This document shows positions 19,305 through 29,584 of a stretch of DNA of 64,000 bases, piece after piece; within the stretch, counting starts at the first letter, position 1; every line of letters begins with the position of its first letter. The DNA lies in IMG/VR virus record IMGVR_UViG_3300031134_000612; one strand, written 5' to 3'. Origin of the DNA: a virus (Duplodnaviria > Heunggongvirae > Uroviricota > Caudoviricetes). The translations under genes and the position numbers were made by a program. A model generated the notes under the pieces. That model did no database searches, was not told the DNA's origin, and saw nothing but the letters and a program-made list of their open reading frames with translations.

Positions 19305-20075
19305 TCAATAGTGTTCGATGGCTAAAACGGGATAGTAAGCAATAAGTTCTTCATCAGACAAAGCGTAAACTTGTTGTGGCGTCATGTTATATAATTGACA
19401 CAATCGTCCAACTATGTTGGTTTTATGAAGTTCAAAAAACTGATGACTAAAAAATTGTACAGATTTCTCTAACAATACCAAATCATGTTCAATTTTTTTA
19501 CAGAATGAAAAATCTAAACCATAAGAAATAAAATGAAACTCGTCATTAAGATACAATTGATCGTTTTCAAATAGAAATTTAGGAATTCTCACCACATCAA
19601 AGGTTTCAAAAGGTGTAGTTACCTTAGCATGAACTGGAGCATTCAGTAATACCGAATTTGAGTGTTCTTTAAATTTTAAGGTGCTTTTGGTATAAGGCAA
19701 AACATTGATATGTTGAATTAAGTTCAAAGAATCGCTGTATTCTTTTGCCGCATTCATATACAAAGAAAAGGAGTCAGTGCTACGCTCTTTAAAGTATTTA
19801 ATAAATTTGTTATACAGTGGCAAATATTTTCTATTAACAATATTCAATAGAATGCTATTAACAACAGTAAGATCCATTCTTATATTATTTTGAACAGTAA
19901 AAGATAAGATCGTGGCTCCATTTCTACTATTGACATTAATCAAATTTTTATTCAGTTGTCCAGTGTAATTTCTAACACCGATTATAGTATGAAAAACAGG
20001 TGTTTCTTTTAAATGAGTTTTAAAAAAAGGTTTCACTGCTTTAATGACAGCATTACATAACTCTTCATCATTCAT
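19305..20075 (-). CDS. family member (256 aa; ends YYPVLAIEHY), close paralog of 20093..20854
   Basis: Shared internal motifs with the next gene (STDSFSLYM, TTPFE, FLFEN). Confidence 0.6.
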   Translation of the reverse strand: MNDEELCNAVIKAVKPFFKTHLKETPVFHTIIGVRNYTGQLNKNLINVNSRNGATILSFTVQNNIRMDLTVVNSILLNIVNRKYLPLYNKFIKYFKERSTDSFSLYMNAAKEYSDSLNLIQHINVLPYTKSTLKFKEHSNSVLLNAPVHAKVTTPFETFDVVRIPKFLFENDQLYLNDEFHFISYGLDFSFCKKIEHDLVLLEKSVQFFSHQFFELHKTNIVGRLCQLYNMTPQQVYALSDEELIAYYPVLAIEHY

Positions 20076-20092
20076 GATTCAAACTCCTTTAT

Positions 20093-20854
20093 CTAGTAAC
20101 GTTCCATAGACAAAACAGGGTAGTATTCTTGAAATTGTTTAGTTTTCCAAGTTTTAAAATCGCTCATAGGAATATCGTAGAGTTCATGTATTTTTCCTGT
20201 AATAGTATCATAATGTTTTTCGTAGAAATCTTGTGCAAACTCATCGACAACATCGTTAATATAATCAGTATCATTTTCTGTTTGCTGACAAAATGTATAT
20301 GGTGTTCCCATAGATGAAAAACTAAAATTGTCATGCAGGTAGAACCGATTATTTTCAAAGAAAAACCGTGGAACTTTTCTAATATTAATGATTTCAAAAG
20401 GCGTTGTAATTATAGCATGAACACATGAGTCAATTTTAACAAACTTATCATCATCTATTAATTTTCTGTTTTCCCAAGGCAAGATTTCAATAGCATTGAT
20501 CAAGTTTAATTTTTTTGTTTTTTGACGCACACTGTCCATATACAATGAAAAAGAATCTGAACTGTTTTTGCAGCATTTGTTGATGAATAAATTATAAATA
20601 TCTAAATGTCTCGGGTCATATAATTTAACCACAATACCTTGAAATGCTTGATTATAAACCTGCCTATTTTTAGTTATAACAAAAGATAGAAGTGAAACAC
20701 CAGTAGAAGATGTCATCGTCAACTTATCATGAGAAACACCTTGTGGATTAATATTGCTCATCAATTGACTAAAAAAGACAGGATAGTTTAGGTGTTCAGC
20801 AGCAAATAAGCTGAGAACATTCTGCATTTCTTGAAATAATAATTCTGTTCTCAT
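20093..20854 (-). CDS. family member (253 aa; ends YYPVLSMERY)
   Basis: Close paralog of 19305..20075. Confidence 0.6.
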   Translation of the reverse strand: MRTELLFQEMQNVLSLFAAEHLNYPVFFSQLMSNINPQGVSHDKLTMTSSTGVSLLSFVITKNRQVYNQAFQGIVVKLYDPRHLDIYNLFINKCCKNSSDSFSLYMDSVRQKTKKLNLINAIEILPWENRKLIDDDKFVKIDSCVHAIITTPFEIINIRKVPRFFFENNRFYLHDNFSFSSMGTPYTFCQQTENDTDYINDVVDEFAQDFYEKHYDTITGKIHELYDIPMSDFKTWKTKQFQEYYPVLSMERY

Positions 20855-21630
20855 ATTTTTTCCATTTCTAATAAGTGTACATAACGAACAATATCTTCAT
20901 CAGCTACCGTCTTAGGATCAAGTGTTTCTTTCAACCGTTGACGAACCTTATTGATAATATTTGCTTTTATCGTATTGTAAATTTCTTTTTCAAGATCACT
21001 ATAAAAATCAGGATTATTAGCCAACAATTGTGGATGGGAGCTAAGAATTTTATCTTTAAAAGCTACTGAATACGCTAACCGCAGGTCAAGGTATAGTTCA
21101 CCTTCATAAATAGTGAACACAACGTCATGCCTAATACTTGTAGAGCCTATTGATGATTTAAAATGGGCAATATCCTCACCAGAAAGCTTGTTAAATTCAT
21201 TAACAGTATTGACGCGATCAGAACTGAAAAGCGTCCATATTTCGTCTTCTTTTTTAACATATTCAGTTTTGAAAACTGATAGTTTATCGTTCACGCGAGC
21301 AAAAATATCGAGAACCCGAGTATAATGCTCAGGCGTTCTTTTCGCTTTTTTAACCATATCTCGTAGATAAATTTCTCCATCACCATCATAATGATAAACA
21401 TTTAAGATAGGCAAGATACCTTTTCGATCATTGACATAGATAATAAGAAGATGTTTTTTGTTTTGTCCTTCTTCAATACTAACCATAAACAATGGATTGA
21501 TAGCAGGCACTTCTTCAACCAACACATCAACATTAAAATGTTCTTTGAAGAACGCAGTAAATACTGGAATAACTAAATCTTTTAACATAACAAAAACTCC
21601 ATTATTAAATTTTAACCATAGCGATGACAT
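20851..21630 (-). CDS. family member (259 aa; ends YVHLLEMEKI)
   Basis: Tandem array with a 4-nt overlap. Confidence 0.55.
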   Translation of the reverse strand: MSSLWLKFNNGVFVMLKDLVIPVFTAFFKEHFNVDVLVEEVPAINPLFMVSIEEGQNKKHLLIIYVNDRKGILPILNVYHYDGDGEIYLRDMVKKAKRTPEHYTRVLDIFARVNDKLSVFKTEYVKKEDEIWTLFSSDRVNTVNEFNKLSGEDIAHFKSSIGSTSIRHDVVFTIYEGELYLDLRLAYSVAFKDKILSSHPQLLANNPDFYSDLEKEIYNTIKANIINKVRQRLKETLDPKTVADEDIVRYVHLLEMEKI

Positions 21631-22414
21631 CGAGGTACTTATTAAACAATTCTTGATTGGTATTGTTTAGATCGATGTCCATATTTAAAAACTTGGTTTC
21701 AATTCGTTCTTTAAAATGGTCATAGAAATAAGTATACAGCAAGTTTTTCACTAAGGGATCAACAGTAGACTGAGATGGTTTACTGACCAATATAAATTCT
21801 GAACCACAAGGTTGTAAAATGTTAACATGTTGGTCAAAGAATAGTCCCCTAATACTTAAATCAACTTTAAAGACACCTTTCTCAAATGATTGAGTCAGAT
21901 TACACTTTAAATCAACACTATTATTTCTAATCAGTTTTTTTACTACTGGATTATATTTAAGATTTGAAATAACAAGTGAATTTTTCTTATTGAGAACTGA
22001 TGTGTTAAAATGTAATAAAAGTAAGTCGGGTGTAAACACAACAGCACCTGTCTTGACAAACAAACCAATATCCAGACCTGCTTGAACATAGTTGTCATGA
22101 ATGCTTTTAATCGACTTAAAATTCACATCAAAAATATTCTCAAGATATTGTGTCATTCTGGATGTTTTGATAGCGTTGTCATCTGTATTGAATTCAAAGT
22201 GGAGATCATACAGTCTGCTTTTGTTGAGATTATCTTTTTTAGATTCCTCAATATGAATGACATCACCATTACTATTTGGAATCGTCAAGACAGATAATTC
22301 ACGCCCAGAAAAAAATTGTGGCTCACTGACATTATGGTTGTCATAAGAAAATCCTTCGGCCAAGAGCTTAGCTGAATGATGTAATTTAAATTGTTCTAAA
22401 AACAAGCTATTCAT
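21605..22414 (-). CDS. family member (269 aa; ends YLDVIAMVKI)
   Basis: Tandem array. Confidence 0.55.
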   Translation of the reverse strand: MNSLFLEQFKLHHSAKLLAEGFSYDNHNVSEPQFFSGRELSVLTIPNSNGDVIHIEESKKDNLNKSRLYDLHFEFNTDDNAIKTSRMTQYLENIFDVNFKSIKSIHDNYVQAGLDIGLFVKTGAVVFTPDLLLLHFNTSVLNKKNSLVISNLKYNPVVKKLIRNNSVDLKCNLTQSFEKGVFKVDLSIRGLFFDQHVNILQPCGSEFILVSKPSQSTVDPLVKNLLYTYFYDHFKERIETKFLNMDIDLNNTNQELFNKYLDVIAMVKI

Positions 22415-22466
22415 AAGAACTCCATAAAAGATGGCTTATTATAACACAAAAAAATAAAAAAATAAA

Positions 22467-23210
22467 TTAAATTTTTACCATTTTGTAAAGTTCAATAGCT
22501 TTCATTACAAGATCTTCTGATTGATCAATAATATCATATTCTGTACAGTTAGAGATTTCAGGTGCAATTTTATTGACCATCAATTTAAATAATAAACCTT
22601 CAAGTTCATTCTCATGATAATCAATACCTGCGTAAAAATAAATATCATCATTACTATTAAAAATGATAGTTTCATCCATAAATGAATAAGAAACACTCGT
22701 TGTATAAAATATTTCACCATGTTTCGTAACATTTAGACCATAAGTCTGAAAATTAAATACTTGTGTAGTTTCCATAATTCTTGCCATACTCGAATTAACA
22801 TTAAATAACTTGTTAGGAAACTTAAGATTATAAAAACTTTTTGCTGGGGTATTCGATATCTTATCCAATTCTTCTGAGCCATCATAAATACCTAGACGTT
22901 CTCCAATGCTCTTTTGAAGATTGTTTAAGTTTTCGTGTTTATTGAAATTAAATGGAAAAAAAGAAAGTTCTTGATTGAGTTTTTCATTTTTAAATTTTGA
23001 ATTAACTGGAAAATAACCATCATGGTAAATGTCAAGAACTAAACGACAAGGAAATTCATCATAAAAAGAAAAATTAATGATATATTCTGATGATTTTAGT
23101 TGAAATACAGCTACGGTGTCTTTAATGCAAAGTTTTTGCATAGTATAACCAGCCAATGAAAACTGGTTAGTATAACGTTCAAGAAAGTTATCAATAATCT
23201 GTTTTAACAT
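22467..23210 (-). CDS. family member (247 aa; ends IELYKMVKI)
   Basis: Tandem array. Confidence 0.55.
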   Translation of the reverse strand: MLKQIIDNFLERYTNQFSLAGYTMQKLCIKDTVAVFQLKSSEYIINFSFYDEFPCRLVLDIYHDGYFPVNSKFKNEKLNQELSFFPFNFNKHENLNNLQKSIGERLGIYDGSEELDKISNTPAKSFYNLKFPNKLFNVNSSMARIMETTQVFNFQTYGLNVTKHGEIFYTTSVSYSFMDETIIFNSNDDIYFYAGIDYHENELEGLLFKLMVNKIAPEISNCTEYDIIDQSEDLVMKAIELYKMVKI

Positions 23211-23219
23211 GTGATCGCC

Positions 23220-24041
23220 TTAAATAGTGAGCATTTCTAATATTTTTATTTGGTTTTTAAAATTGTTGTCAAAGACAATATCAATGTCTACATTTTTAAA
23301 CAATTTACCTATCTTGTTTTTTATAAAAAACCGTCTACTGGATGTAATGTATTCGAATAATTCATCTTTACTAAGAAATTTTTTTTCTGCTGGTAGATAA
23401 TAATCATTAGTATTACTAGTAAAGTCAATTTCAACAAAATAACGGGGTGAAAAATCAAGAATCACGCTATACAACGTTGAAATATTAAGTTCATCATCAA
23501 AAAATAAAGAAGTCAGTGTTTCATTATTCAGTTTTGCTCGATTGTATATTTTTTTGTAAAATGCTGAATACTTGATATCATGTATTATTTTTACACCATT
23601 AAAAACAGCTTGAAAGTCATTGGTCATTGAATTAAAACGTTTAAATGACTGTATTGTCCCCAACAAATGATCATCAGATTGAACAAAATCAAAAATTTCG
23701 AAAGATTTTTTATAATCAACTGAAATAAAAGGCATAATTTTCTTTATTGATTGATAAATAGTATTTTCATTTTGATTTGGACCTTCAACAGTGATTTTCA
23801 TTGGATAATGTGCAACAGTCGAGTTAAATTTCTCATCATAGGAAAAAACCTTTGTGAACAGTTCAAAAGTATAAGTGTCATGCTCACTTGATGTAAATAC
23901 AATAAGGGCTGAACTATTTTTTGTATATGAGTAATGCATTGTCCCTTTATCTAAAAGACTTAAGATAATCTCACTGTATCGCTGAATAAACAATGCTGTA
24001 TGTTTGACTAGTTGTTCATGAGCTGTCATATCACACCTCAA
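23220..24041 (-). CDS. family member (273 aa; ends IKILEMLTI)
   Basis: Tandem array. Confidence 0.55.
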   Translation of the reverse strand: MRCDMTAHEQLVKHTALFIQRYSEIILSLLDKGTMHYSYTKNSSALIVFTSSEHDTYTFELFTKVFSYDEKFNSTVAHYPMKITVEGPNQNENTIYQSIKKIMPFISVDYKKSFEIFDFVQSDDHLLGTIQSFKRFNSMTNDFQAVFNGVKIIHDIKYSAFYKKIYNRAKLNNETLTSLFFDDELNISTLYSVILDFSPRYFVEIDFTSNTNDYYLPAEKKFLSKDELFEYITSSRRFFIKNKIGKLFKNVDIDIVFDNNFKNQIKILEMLTI

Positions 24042-24645
24042 TCATTTCACAAAGTGATAGGTGATCACGAATGGTAGATGGTGAAAGTTCAAAAAACGTC
24101 TTTTTGGACATACCAACTTTTGTCTTTTTGTTGACGATATAATGAAGCGAACCCATCGTTTCGGTATAGAACAGATTCAAGAGTTCTGGAATAGTCACTT
24201 TTTTGTGATTTTCATAAACGTCATTCACATTGCGATAAGTTAGCCAAATATCCCCCGTATCCAAATCAAACCAGAGATCTTTTTTGTTCATCAAGTGAAC
24301 AGGCCAGCACAAACGCATGAAATGCCCAGTATAGAGTTGTTTTTCGCCTTCGTGACGACATTCAAACTCAGTATCAAAGCGATAAAAGATGATCGATGTT
24401 TTGGCAATTTGACCACTGCTGGATTTACGGCGATAGGCTGGAGTATAAGTAATTCGTTCAAAAACAGTTGATTGAGATTTCAAATAAGTAAAAGTGGCTT
24501 CAAAACCATTACTCATGACACGGTTCATAAAGCTATCCACTGTAAAACCTTTATCCATGAAAGCACCAAGTTCAACACTTTTTTCAAAAGCGGCTTGAAC
24601 AAACGTCTTAACATTGGTGAAATCAAACAGGTTTAAATCTTTCAT
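24031..24645 (-). CDS. family member (204 aa; ends HLSLCEMIEV); first gene of the minus-strand array
   Basis: GGAG SD upstream; family tail. Confidence 0.55.
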   Translation of the reverse strand: MKDLNLFDFTNVKTFVQAAFEKSVELGAFMDKGFTVDSFMNRVMSNGFEATFTYLKSQSTVFERITYTPAYRRKSSSGQIAKTSIIFYRFDTEFECRHEGEKQLYTGHFMRLCWPVHLMNKKDLWFDLDTGDIWLTYRNVNDVYENHKKVTIPELLNLFYTETMGSLHYIVNKKTKVGMSKKTFFELSPSTIRDHLSLCEMIEV

Positions 24646-24752
24646 GGTTAATGCTCCAAAAAATGATGACCTATCATAACATAATAAGGCATTCTATTCA
24701 AGAAATAAAAAAGGCAACCTTAATTGGCTGCCTAGTTGATAAATGGTTAAAA

Positions 24753-24908
24753 TCAATAACCCAGTGCTTTTTCTCGTAGCTTTTCGAAATTTTCCCATGC
24801 TTTTTCTTTCGATACCCGTGGTGCAAATTTGGCTTCATGTTGTTTCCATGCTAGCTCAATATCGCGTTCTTTACGTTCGTTTTTGGTATTCACTACAATT
24901 TTAGCCAT
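24753..24908 (-). CDS. small Lys/Arg-rich protein (51 aa, MAKIVVNTKNERKERDIELAWKQHEAKFAPRVSKEKAWENFEKLREKALGY)
   Basis: Not in the supplied ORF track because it is under 60 aa. It has a GAGGA SD and a near-consensus minus-strand promoter (TTGACA-17-TATATT at 24951..24979). Confidence 0.45.
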   Translation of the reverse strand: MAKIVVNTKNERKERDIELAWKQHEAKFAPRVSKEKAWENFEKLREKALGY

Positions 24909-24950
24909 ATCTAAATCCTCATTTAATTAAGCTTTTGTGTTTGAGCTTTA

Positions 24951-24979
24951 AATATAGCAATGATTAGCTGCGTTGTCAA
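24951..24979 (-). promoter_or_regulatory. sigma70-like promoter (TTGACA-17 nt-TATATT) for the small basic ORF
   Basis: Near-consensus hexamers with a 17-nt spacer; divergent from the promoter at 25020. Confidence 0.5.
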
Positions 24980-25019
24980 CACCAGAAAAACGAAATAAAC
25001 CTGATTTAACAATTTAAAA

Positions 25020-25049
25020 TTGACAGATGTGGCTGTTTTTTGATATAAT
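25020..25049 (+). promoter_or_regulatory. sigma70-like promoter (TTGACA-18 nt-TATAAT) for 25080
   Basis: Consensus -35 and -10 hexamers; AAGGAG SD at 25065; ATG at 25080. Confidence 0.55.
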
Positions 25050-25079
25050 TGCGAAAATTTTTTAAGGAGTTTTGTCGTT

Positions 25080-27197
25080 ATGTATATCAATACACAATAC
25101 ATCAATACATTAGAAGACATGTGCTTGAACAAAAGAACACATTATCATGGAAATAGGATGCTTGAGAGAGAGTTTGATAATTTTGGAATTTTTGGTTATG
25201 GAATGGGACGTTTTGATGAAGACAGTAGAGATTACCAAAAATATAACCTATTTCAAATTAAAGACAATATCGCTCTTCATATTTGTATGGGTAGTGAATT
25301 TTTAGACATGGATCTTTCTGTCTTCGACATGAAGAACAGAAAAGCTGAATATACCGATTTTTTAAATTCTGGTGAAGATAAACATTTTATATCGAGAATG
25401 TTTCTTGGGCGTCGTGGTCAAGACAGACATCTTATGGAAAATAGTCTTGAATTCAAAATGATGAATCTTGAACACACCATTCAGATGTCACTTTACAACA
25501 TAAAAGAAATCTTTATCTGTCAAAGTATGTTAAATTACACACCATTAGTTAACGAATGGCTCAACTTTGCGAATAAAAATAATATTGATATTTATGCTGA
25601 ATTGAAAGATATAATCGACCTTATCGAAAAAGATTACGGTTCCTTTAAGCTTTATGAAGAACTTTTGGAAGAAGCTCGTTTGATCAAACGTCACAATTTC
25701 AGACTATTATCGAAAGCTCATAGCAAAATGAGTCACAATTTCGGATCAGACCGTTTTTCAAGAACAGAAATGTTTTACTCATCTAACAATAGAAGACAAG
25801 ATATCCATCATCATGAAGATGATATTGATAGAGAACTCATTCATGAAATAAATAAAAGCCAGACAATCGTTGAAGAATTTAATGAAAAACTTCAACATTT
25901 AGTCAAATCTATAAATATGGATTATTTCACTGATGAAAATATTATCAACAACAATAAAATATTACTGGATTCATTGTTTGCTGCATATCAAAAATTAAAA
26001 CACAAAATCGCATTGCCTAAAACTCATGCGACAATATTTATCAAGGATATTAAAAAAGAAGTAACAGAAGAATTAAATATTGAAACATTTATAAGTAATC
26101 AAAAGAATAATATTATGATTGCTTTGGACAATGTTAAACTTGAAGATATTCGTTATCAAAAAGTTATTGTATTTACAGATTCAAGTTGTGTTGTTTTAAA
26201 AGAAAATGAAACAACATTTGAGTTTTTTATTGATATTAAAAAAATGAAAAGCTTGATAGCTGTCACTATGACCACTTATTTGAAAAATACACTGAGAAAA
26301 AATCCAACCATTAGTAAGGTAATGGTTCAATCATTTCATAACAGTATTGAAAAAATGAACAATAAAAATGAGTATCGTCATCATTCACCTTTACAGTTTA
26401 ACAAAATTCTTTTGAGCATTGACACCTATTTTAAAAATGAGAATATTTTAAAATCGTTGAAATATGACTTTATGGAGGTGTGTAAAACAGCTACATCATT
26501 TGAAAAAGTAGACGATGATATGCACAAATTGATTCGTGAACATAAAATAAAGAAATTTGCTGAAAGCATTGTCAGTAGCAAATACAAACATCTTTATACT
26601 AAAGAAAGTTATAAACTCTTTCAAGAATTGTATGACTTGAATATTGATACAAAAACTCTTCAAGAAATGCTTGGTAAAAAAATGGCTGCTGTAGAAACTA
26701 AGCAGATGTTTAATGAAAACATAAAAAAACTGCTCAATAGTCTTAATGAGTTTGATATGGATTCTGTTAAGCTAAAAGCTAACTCTTATGGTGCCAAAAT
26801 AATTGCGGACGAAAATGAAATACTTATTTTAGAAATTAAAGACTTTGTTCAGTCTCAAAAGCTTGGAAGTGCTTCATGGTGTATCAGCCGTAACCAGTCA
26901 TACTTTGAACAGTATACAGAGAAAGGTGGAAAGCAATATTTTATTTATGACTTCAATCAAGATTCAAAAAGTGTTAAATCACTGGTAGGGATTACATTAA
27001 CCAAAGCATTTAAGGTAAAAGCTGCTCATAGTAAAAGTGATTCACAATTTAAAGATAAAAAGATGATTGATTACCTCATCGAAAAAGTAAAACCAATTGA
27101 AGTAGAAAAAGAAAAGAAACCAGTGGCAACACGAAAGCCTAGAACAAAAAAAGTGGTCACAGCTCCTGAGTTAACTGTACACAACATTGGCTTTTAA
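25080..27197 (+). CDS. large hypothetical protein (705 aa), paralog of 7795..9708, with a Lys-rich C-terminal extension
   Basis: See 7795..9708; strong SD and promoter. Confidence 0.65.
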   Translation: MYINTQYINTLEDMCLNKRTHYHGNRMLEREFDNFGIFGYGMGRFDEDSRDYQKYNLFQIKDNIALHICMGSEFLDMDLSVFDMKNRKAEYTDFLNSGEDKHFISRMFLGRRGQDRHLMENSLEFKMMNLEHTIQMSLYNIKEIFICQSMLNYTPLVNEWLNFANKNNIDIYAELKDIIDLIEKDYGSFKLYEELLEEARLIKRHNFRLLSKAHSKMSHNFGSDRFSRTEMFYSSNNRRQDIHHHEDDIDRELIHEINKSQTIVEEFNEKLQHLVKSINMDYFTDENIINNNKILLDSLFAAYQKLKHKIALPKTHATIFIKDIKKEVTEELNIETFISNQKNNIMIALDNVKLEDIRYQKVIVFTDSSCVVLKENETTFEFFIDIKKMKSLIAVTMTTYLKNTLRKNPTISKVMVQSFHNSIEKMNNKNEYRHHSPLQFNKILLSIDTYFKNENILKSLKYDFMEVCKTATSFEKVDDDMHKLIREHKIKKFAESIVSSKYKHLYTKESYKLFQELYDLNIDTKTLQEMLGKKMAAVETKQMFNENIKKLLNSLNEFDMDSVKLKANSYGAKIIADENEILILEIKDFVQSQKLGSASWCISRNQSYFEQYTEKGGKQYFIYDFNQDSKSVKSLVGITLTKAFKVKAAHSKSDSQFKDKKMIDYLIEKVKPIEVEKEKKPVATRKPRTKKVVTAPELTVHNIGF

Positions 27198-27199
27198 TT

Positions 27200-27225
27200 A
27201 AAAGACACTTCGGTGTCTTTTTTAT
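27200..27225 (+). terminator. rho-independent terminator (AGACAC-TTCG-GTGTCT + T6)
   Basis: Hairpin plus T-run after 25080..27197. Confidence 0.65.
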
Positions 27226-27286
27226 ATTTAAAGATTGAAAAACAAAATTAGCATATTATAATAATAAAAACAACAAAAAGAATAAA

Positions 27287-27733
27287 ATGAATCAACAGGA
27301 ACAGGCAACATTAACGACAATATATAGAACAATGATAGGATTAACCATTACAGCTCCATTCATGGCCTTATTCATCACATTACCATTAAATCTACCAGTT
27401 GTGCTAACAACAGCTTTAATAGCCAACATGATACTTTCTGCAAAATATTACAAAGACACCATTCGAACATCTTTTGAAAGCGACATTAAAAAGTTACTGG
27501 ATTTTTTTGTTACGTCAATTACTATACTATTCTTAACATCAATTCCAGCATGGATATATTCTTACATGCCCGTCAATGATAACATGATCATGCTCAATAT
27601 GAAGATTATTGCAGACTTAATTGATTTTTTAGGTGAGCTTGGTGCTTGGGGTTATTATTTAGTTGTCGTCATAATAGATTATCATCAATTTAAAAAGCTA
27701 AAAAATAAAAAATCGAATATGTTTCTAGCTTAA
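27287..27733 (+). CDS. small integral membrane protein (about 4 TM), paralog of 27844..28260
   Basis: Four hydrophobic segments; the terminator-promoter-gene cassette is duplicated in tandem. Confidence 0.55.
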   Translation: MNQQEQATLTTIYRTMIGLTITAPFMALFITLPLNLPVVLTTALIANMILSAKYYKDTIRTSFESDIKKLLDFFVTSITILFLTSIPAWIYSYMPVNDNMIMLNMKIIADLIDFLGELGAWGYYLVVVIIDYHQFKKLKNKKSNMFLA

Positions 27734-27749
27734 AACAATAACAAAAACA

Positions 27750-27775
27750 AAAAGACATCTAGGTGTCTTTTTTAT
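27750..27775 (+). terminator. rho-independent terminator (AGACA-TCTAG-GTGTCT + T6), a duplicate of 27200
   Basis: Near-identical to the preceding terminator. Confidence 0.6.
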
Positions 27776-27843
27776 CATCTAATGATTGTAAATAAAAACT
27801 AACATATTATAATGTAATAAATAACAATATTGAATGTGCCTTC

Positions 27844-28260
27844 ATGGATGACAACAGTAATTATCCAGCAATTAAAAGTCTTTACAAAGTCTTAATTTTC
27901 CTAACATTTGCAGGGCCAATACTTGCGTTGGCTATTTCATTTAGGTCATATGTATTAGGTTTCCTAGCAATAGCTCTACTCAGTCTCACACCAAATATCC
28001 TGATATTTCATAGATATTACAAATCACATGATGAATCCAGATATCAACAACATATCAAAAAAATATTGAAAACATTTTCAATTGCACTGATTATTTTTGT
28101 GATTTCATTTTTACCAATGTTTACAATGGATAATACAGAAAATGGAATTCAATGGCTGTCTATTTTAGCGGTAGCTGGATTTGTGGTTGGGAGTTTATTT
28201 TCTTGGACATACTACACATATGGAATAATAAAAAACTATAAATTACTAGATAAAGAATAA
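27844..28260 (+). CDS. small integral membrane protein (about 4 TM), paralog of 27287..27733
   Basis: Same topology and length as the preceding gene, with a near-identical upstream region. Confidence 0.55.
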   Translation: MDDNSNYPAIKSLYKVLIFLTFAGPILALAISFRSYVLGFLAIALLSLTPNILIFHRYYKSHDESRYQQHIKKILKTFSIALIIFVISFLPMFTMDNTENGIQWLSILAVAGFVVGSLFSWTYYTYGIIKNYKLLDKE

Positions 28261-28283
28261 AAGCTTCAAACACACTAGTTAAA

Positions 28284-28310
28284 TAAAAAGGCACTTAGGT
28301 GCCTTTTTTA
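28284..28310. terminator. bidirectional terminator (GGCAC-TTAG-GTGCC; the same core is reused at 34089)
   Basis: A-run, hairpin, T-run. Confidence 0.65.
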
Positions 28311-28314
28311 ACGC

Positions 28315-28728
28315 TTATTTACCATGCCATACATAACAAGGCTTAACAGCACAAATACTGTAATGGTTGGTGCCTACATGCCCCCAGTCTTCAACATACA
28401 CTCGCCAGCCCAAGTCATTGGAACCATCATGGTCACAATCACCTTCCCAACGTTCATTCAATTCAATTTGTTTTGAATCACGAGATTTCAACCACTGTCT
28501 GGCAAATTTATAAGCTTCTGCAGCATGGATTGGTTCTGGGAAAGCAATTGCATCAGGAGTTGGGTACCACAAGAACACCAGTCCTTTTGTGGGCATAACC
28601 ACATAACCTTTAGCGGTTGCTCCATCTTTATTGTAATTACTCTGGATATGAAAAGCCAACTTTATAGCCAGTTCCAGATGTTCATCGTCTTCGCCGTTCA
28701 CGTTAAAAATACGGTTGTCAAAACTCAT
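28315..28728 (-). CDS. hypothetical protein (137 aa; Trp/His/Cys-rich C-terminus)
   Basis: ORF with no recognised domain. Confidence 0.45.
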   Translation of the reverse strand: MSFDNRIFNVNGEDDEHLELAIKLAFHIQSNYNKDGATAKGYVVMPTKGLVFLWYPTPDAIAFPEPIHAAEAYKFARQWLKSRDSKQIELNERWEGDCDHDGSNDLGWRVYVEDWGHVGTNHYSICAVKPCYVWHGK

Positions 28729-28810
28729 GGGTTAATACCTCTTCAAATAGATGGATAATTATAGACTAATTAGACAATGCCGTCAATCATTTAACAAGTA
28801 ATACAACTAA

Positions 28811-29584
28811 TTAGATTAAAGCCATTTCAGCCAAGGTTATATAGTGTTGAAGATTTCCCTTATCTTGCAACGCTGTATCATTGTCCATTTTCAGTAATTT
28901 CATTAAGACAACGCGAATACGTCTGAAAGCATAACGCTTCATGTGCCTTAATAATTGTTCTTCATTGACCACTTTATAATTTTTTCGATTACGACCAATT
29001 GAACTCAAAGATGTTATGGTACTAATTCTCAACACTTGTTCATTATCAATTTGTTTAGAGACTTCAACTCTTACGACATAACAATAGTTAATCAGAAAAT
29101 CAATATTCAGTAATAATTTTGGAGTTTCAGTAAAATCAAAGGAGACACTGAAAAATATTTTACTAAGTCTTGGAACATCCGCCGCTCGAAATAAAGGTTT
29201 TTTGACATCATTAAAATTTAAAGGTGTTATATCAACAGGAATATTCATCTCATCCACATTAGGAAAACTCATCAAGCTTTTTTCATAAGACTGATAAGAT
29301 ATCAATTTGTGTTCATCAAAACATTTAGCAATAGATGACATCATGCCAATGATGTGGGCAAATGATAAATCGAAATACCCACAAATGTGTTCCATAATGT
29401 CTCTGTTACAACGTATATTTAAACTGCGAGTATTAGCATTACAAATAAAATTAGGAGATTTAAAACCATTATATCGTGGAAACAAATCCACCAGTTGATT
29501 ATCATGCCCAAAGTGAATGATAGAAGATAAATGTTGCTGAAACTTACGAAGGCTCTCAGCTTCTAATTCAGTAATTTTTTGCAT
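28811..29584 (-). CDS. family member (257 aa; ends YITLAEMALI)
   Basis: Tandem trio with the next two genes. Confidence 0.55.
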   Translation of the reverse strand: MQKITELEAESLRKFQQHLSSIIHFGHDNQLVDLFPRYNGFKSPNFICNANTRSLNIRCNRDIMEHICGYFDLSFAHIIGMMSSIAKCFDEHKLISYQSYEKSLMSFPNVDEMNIPVDITPLNFNDVKKPLFRAADVPRLSKIFFSVSFDFTETPKLLLNIDFLINYCYVVRVEVSKQIDNEQVLRISTITSLSSIGRNRKNYKVVNEEQLLRHMKRYAFRRIRVVLMKLLKMDNDTALQDKGNLQHYITLAEMALI

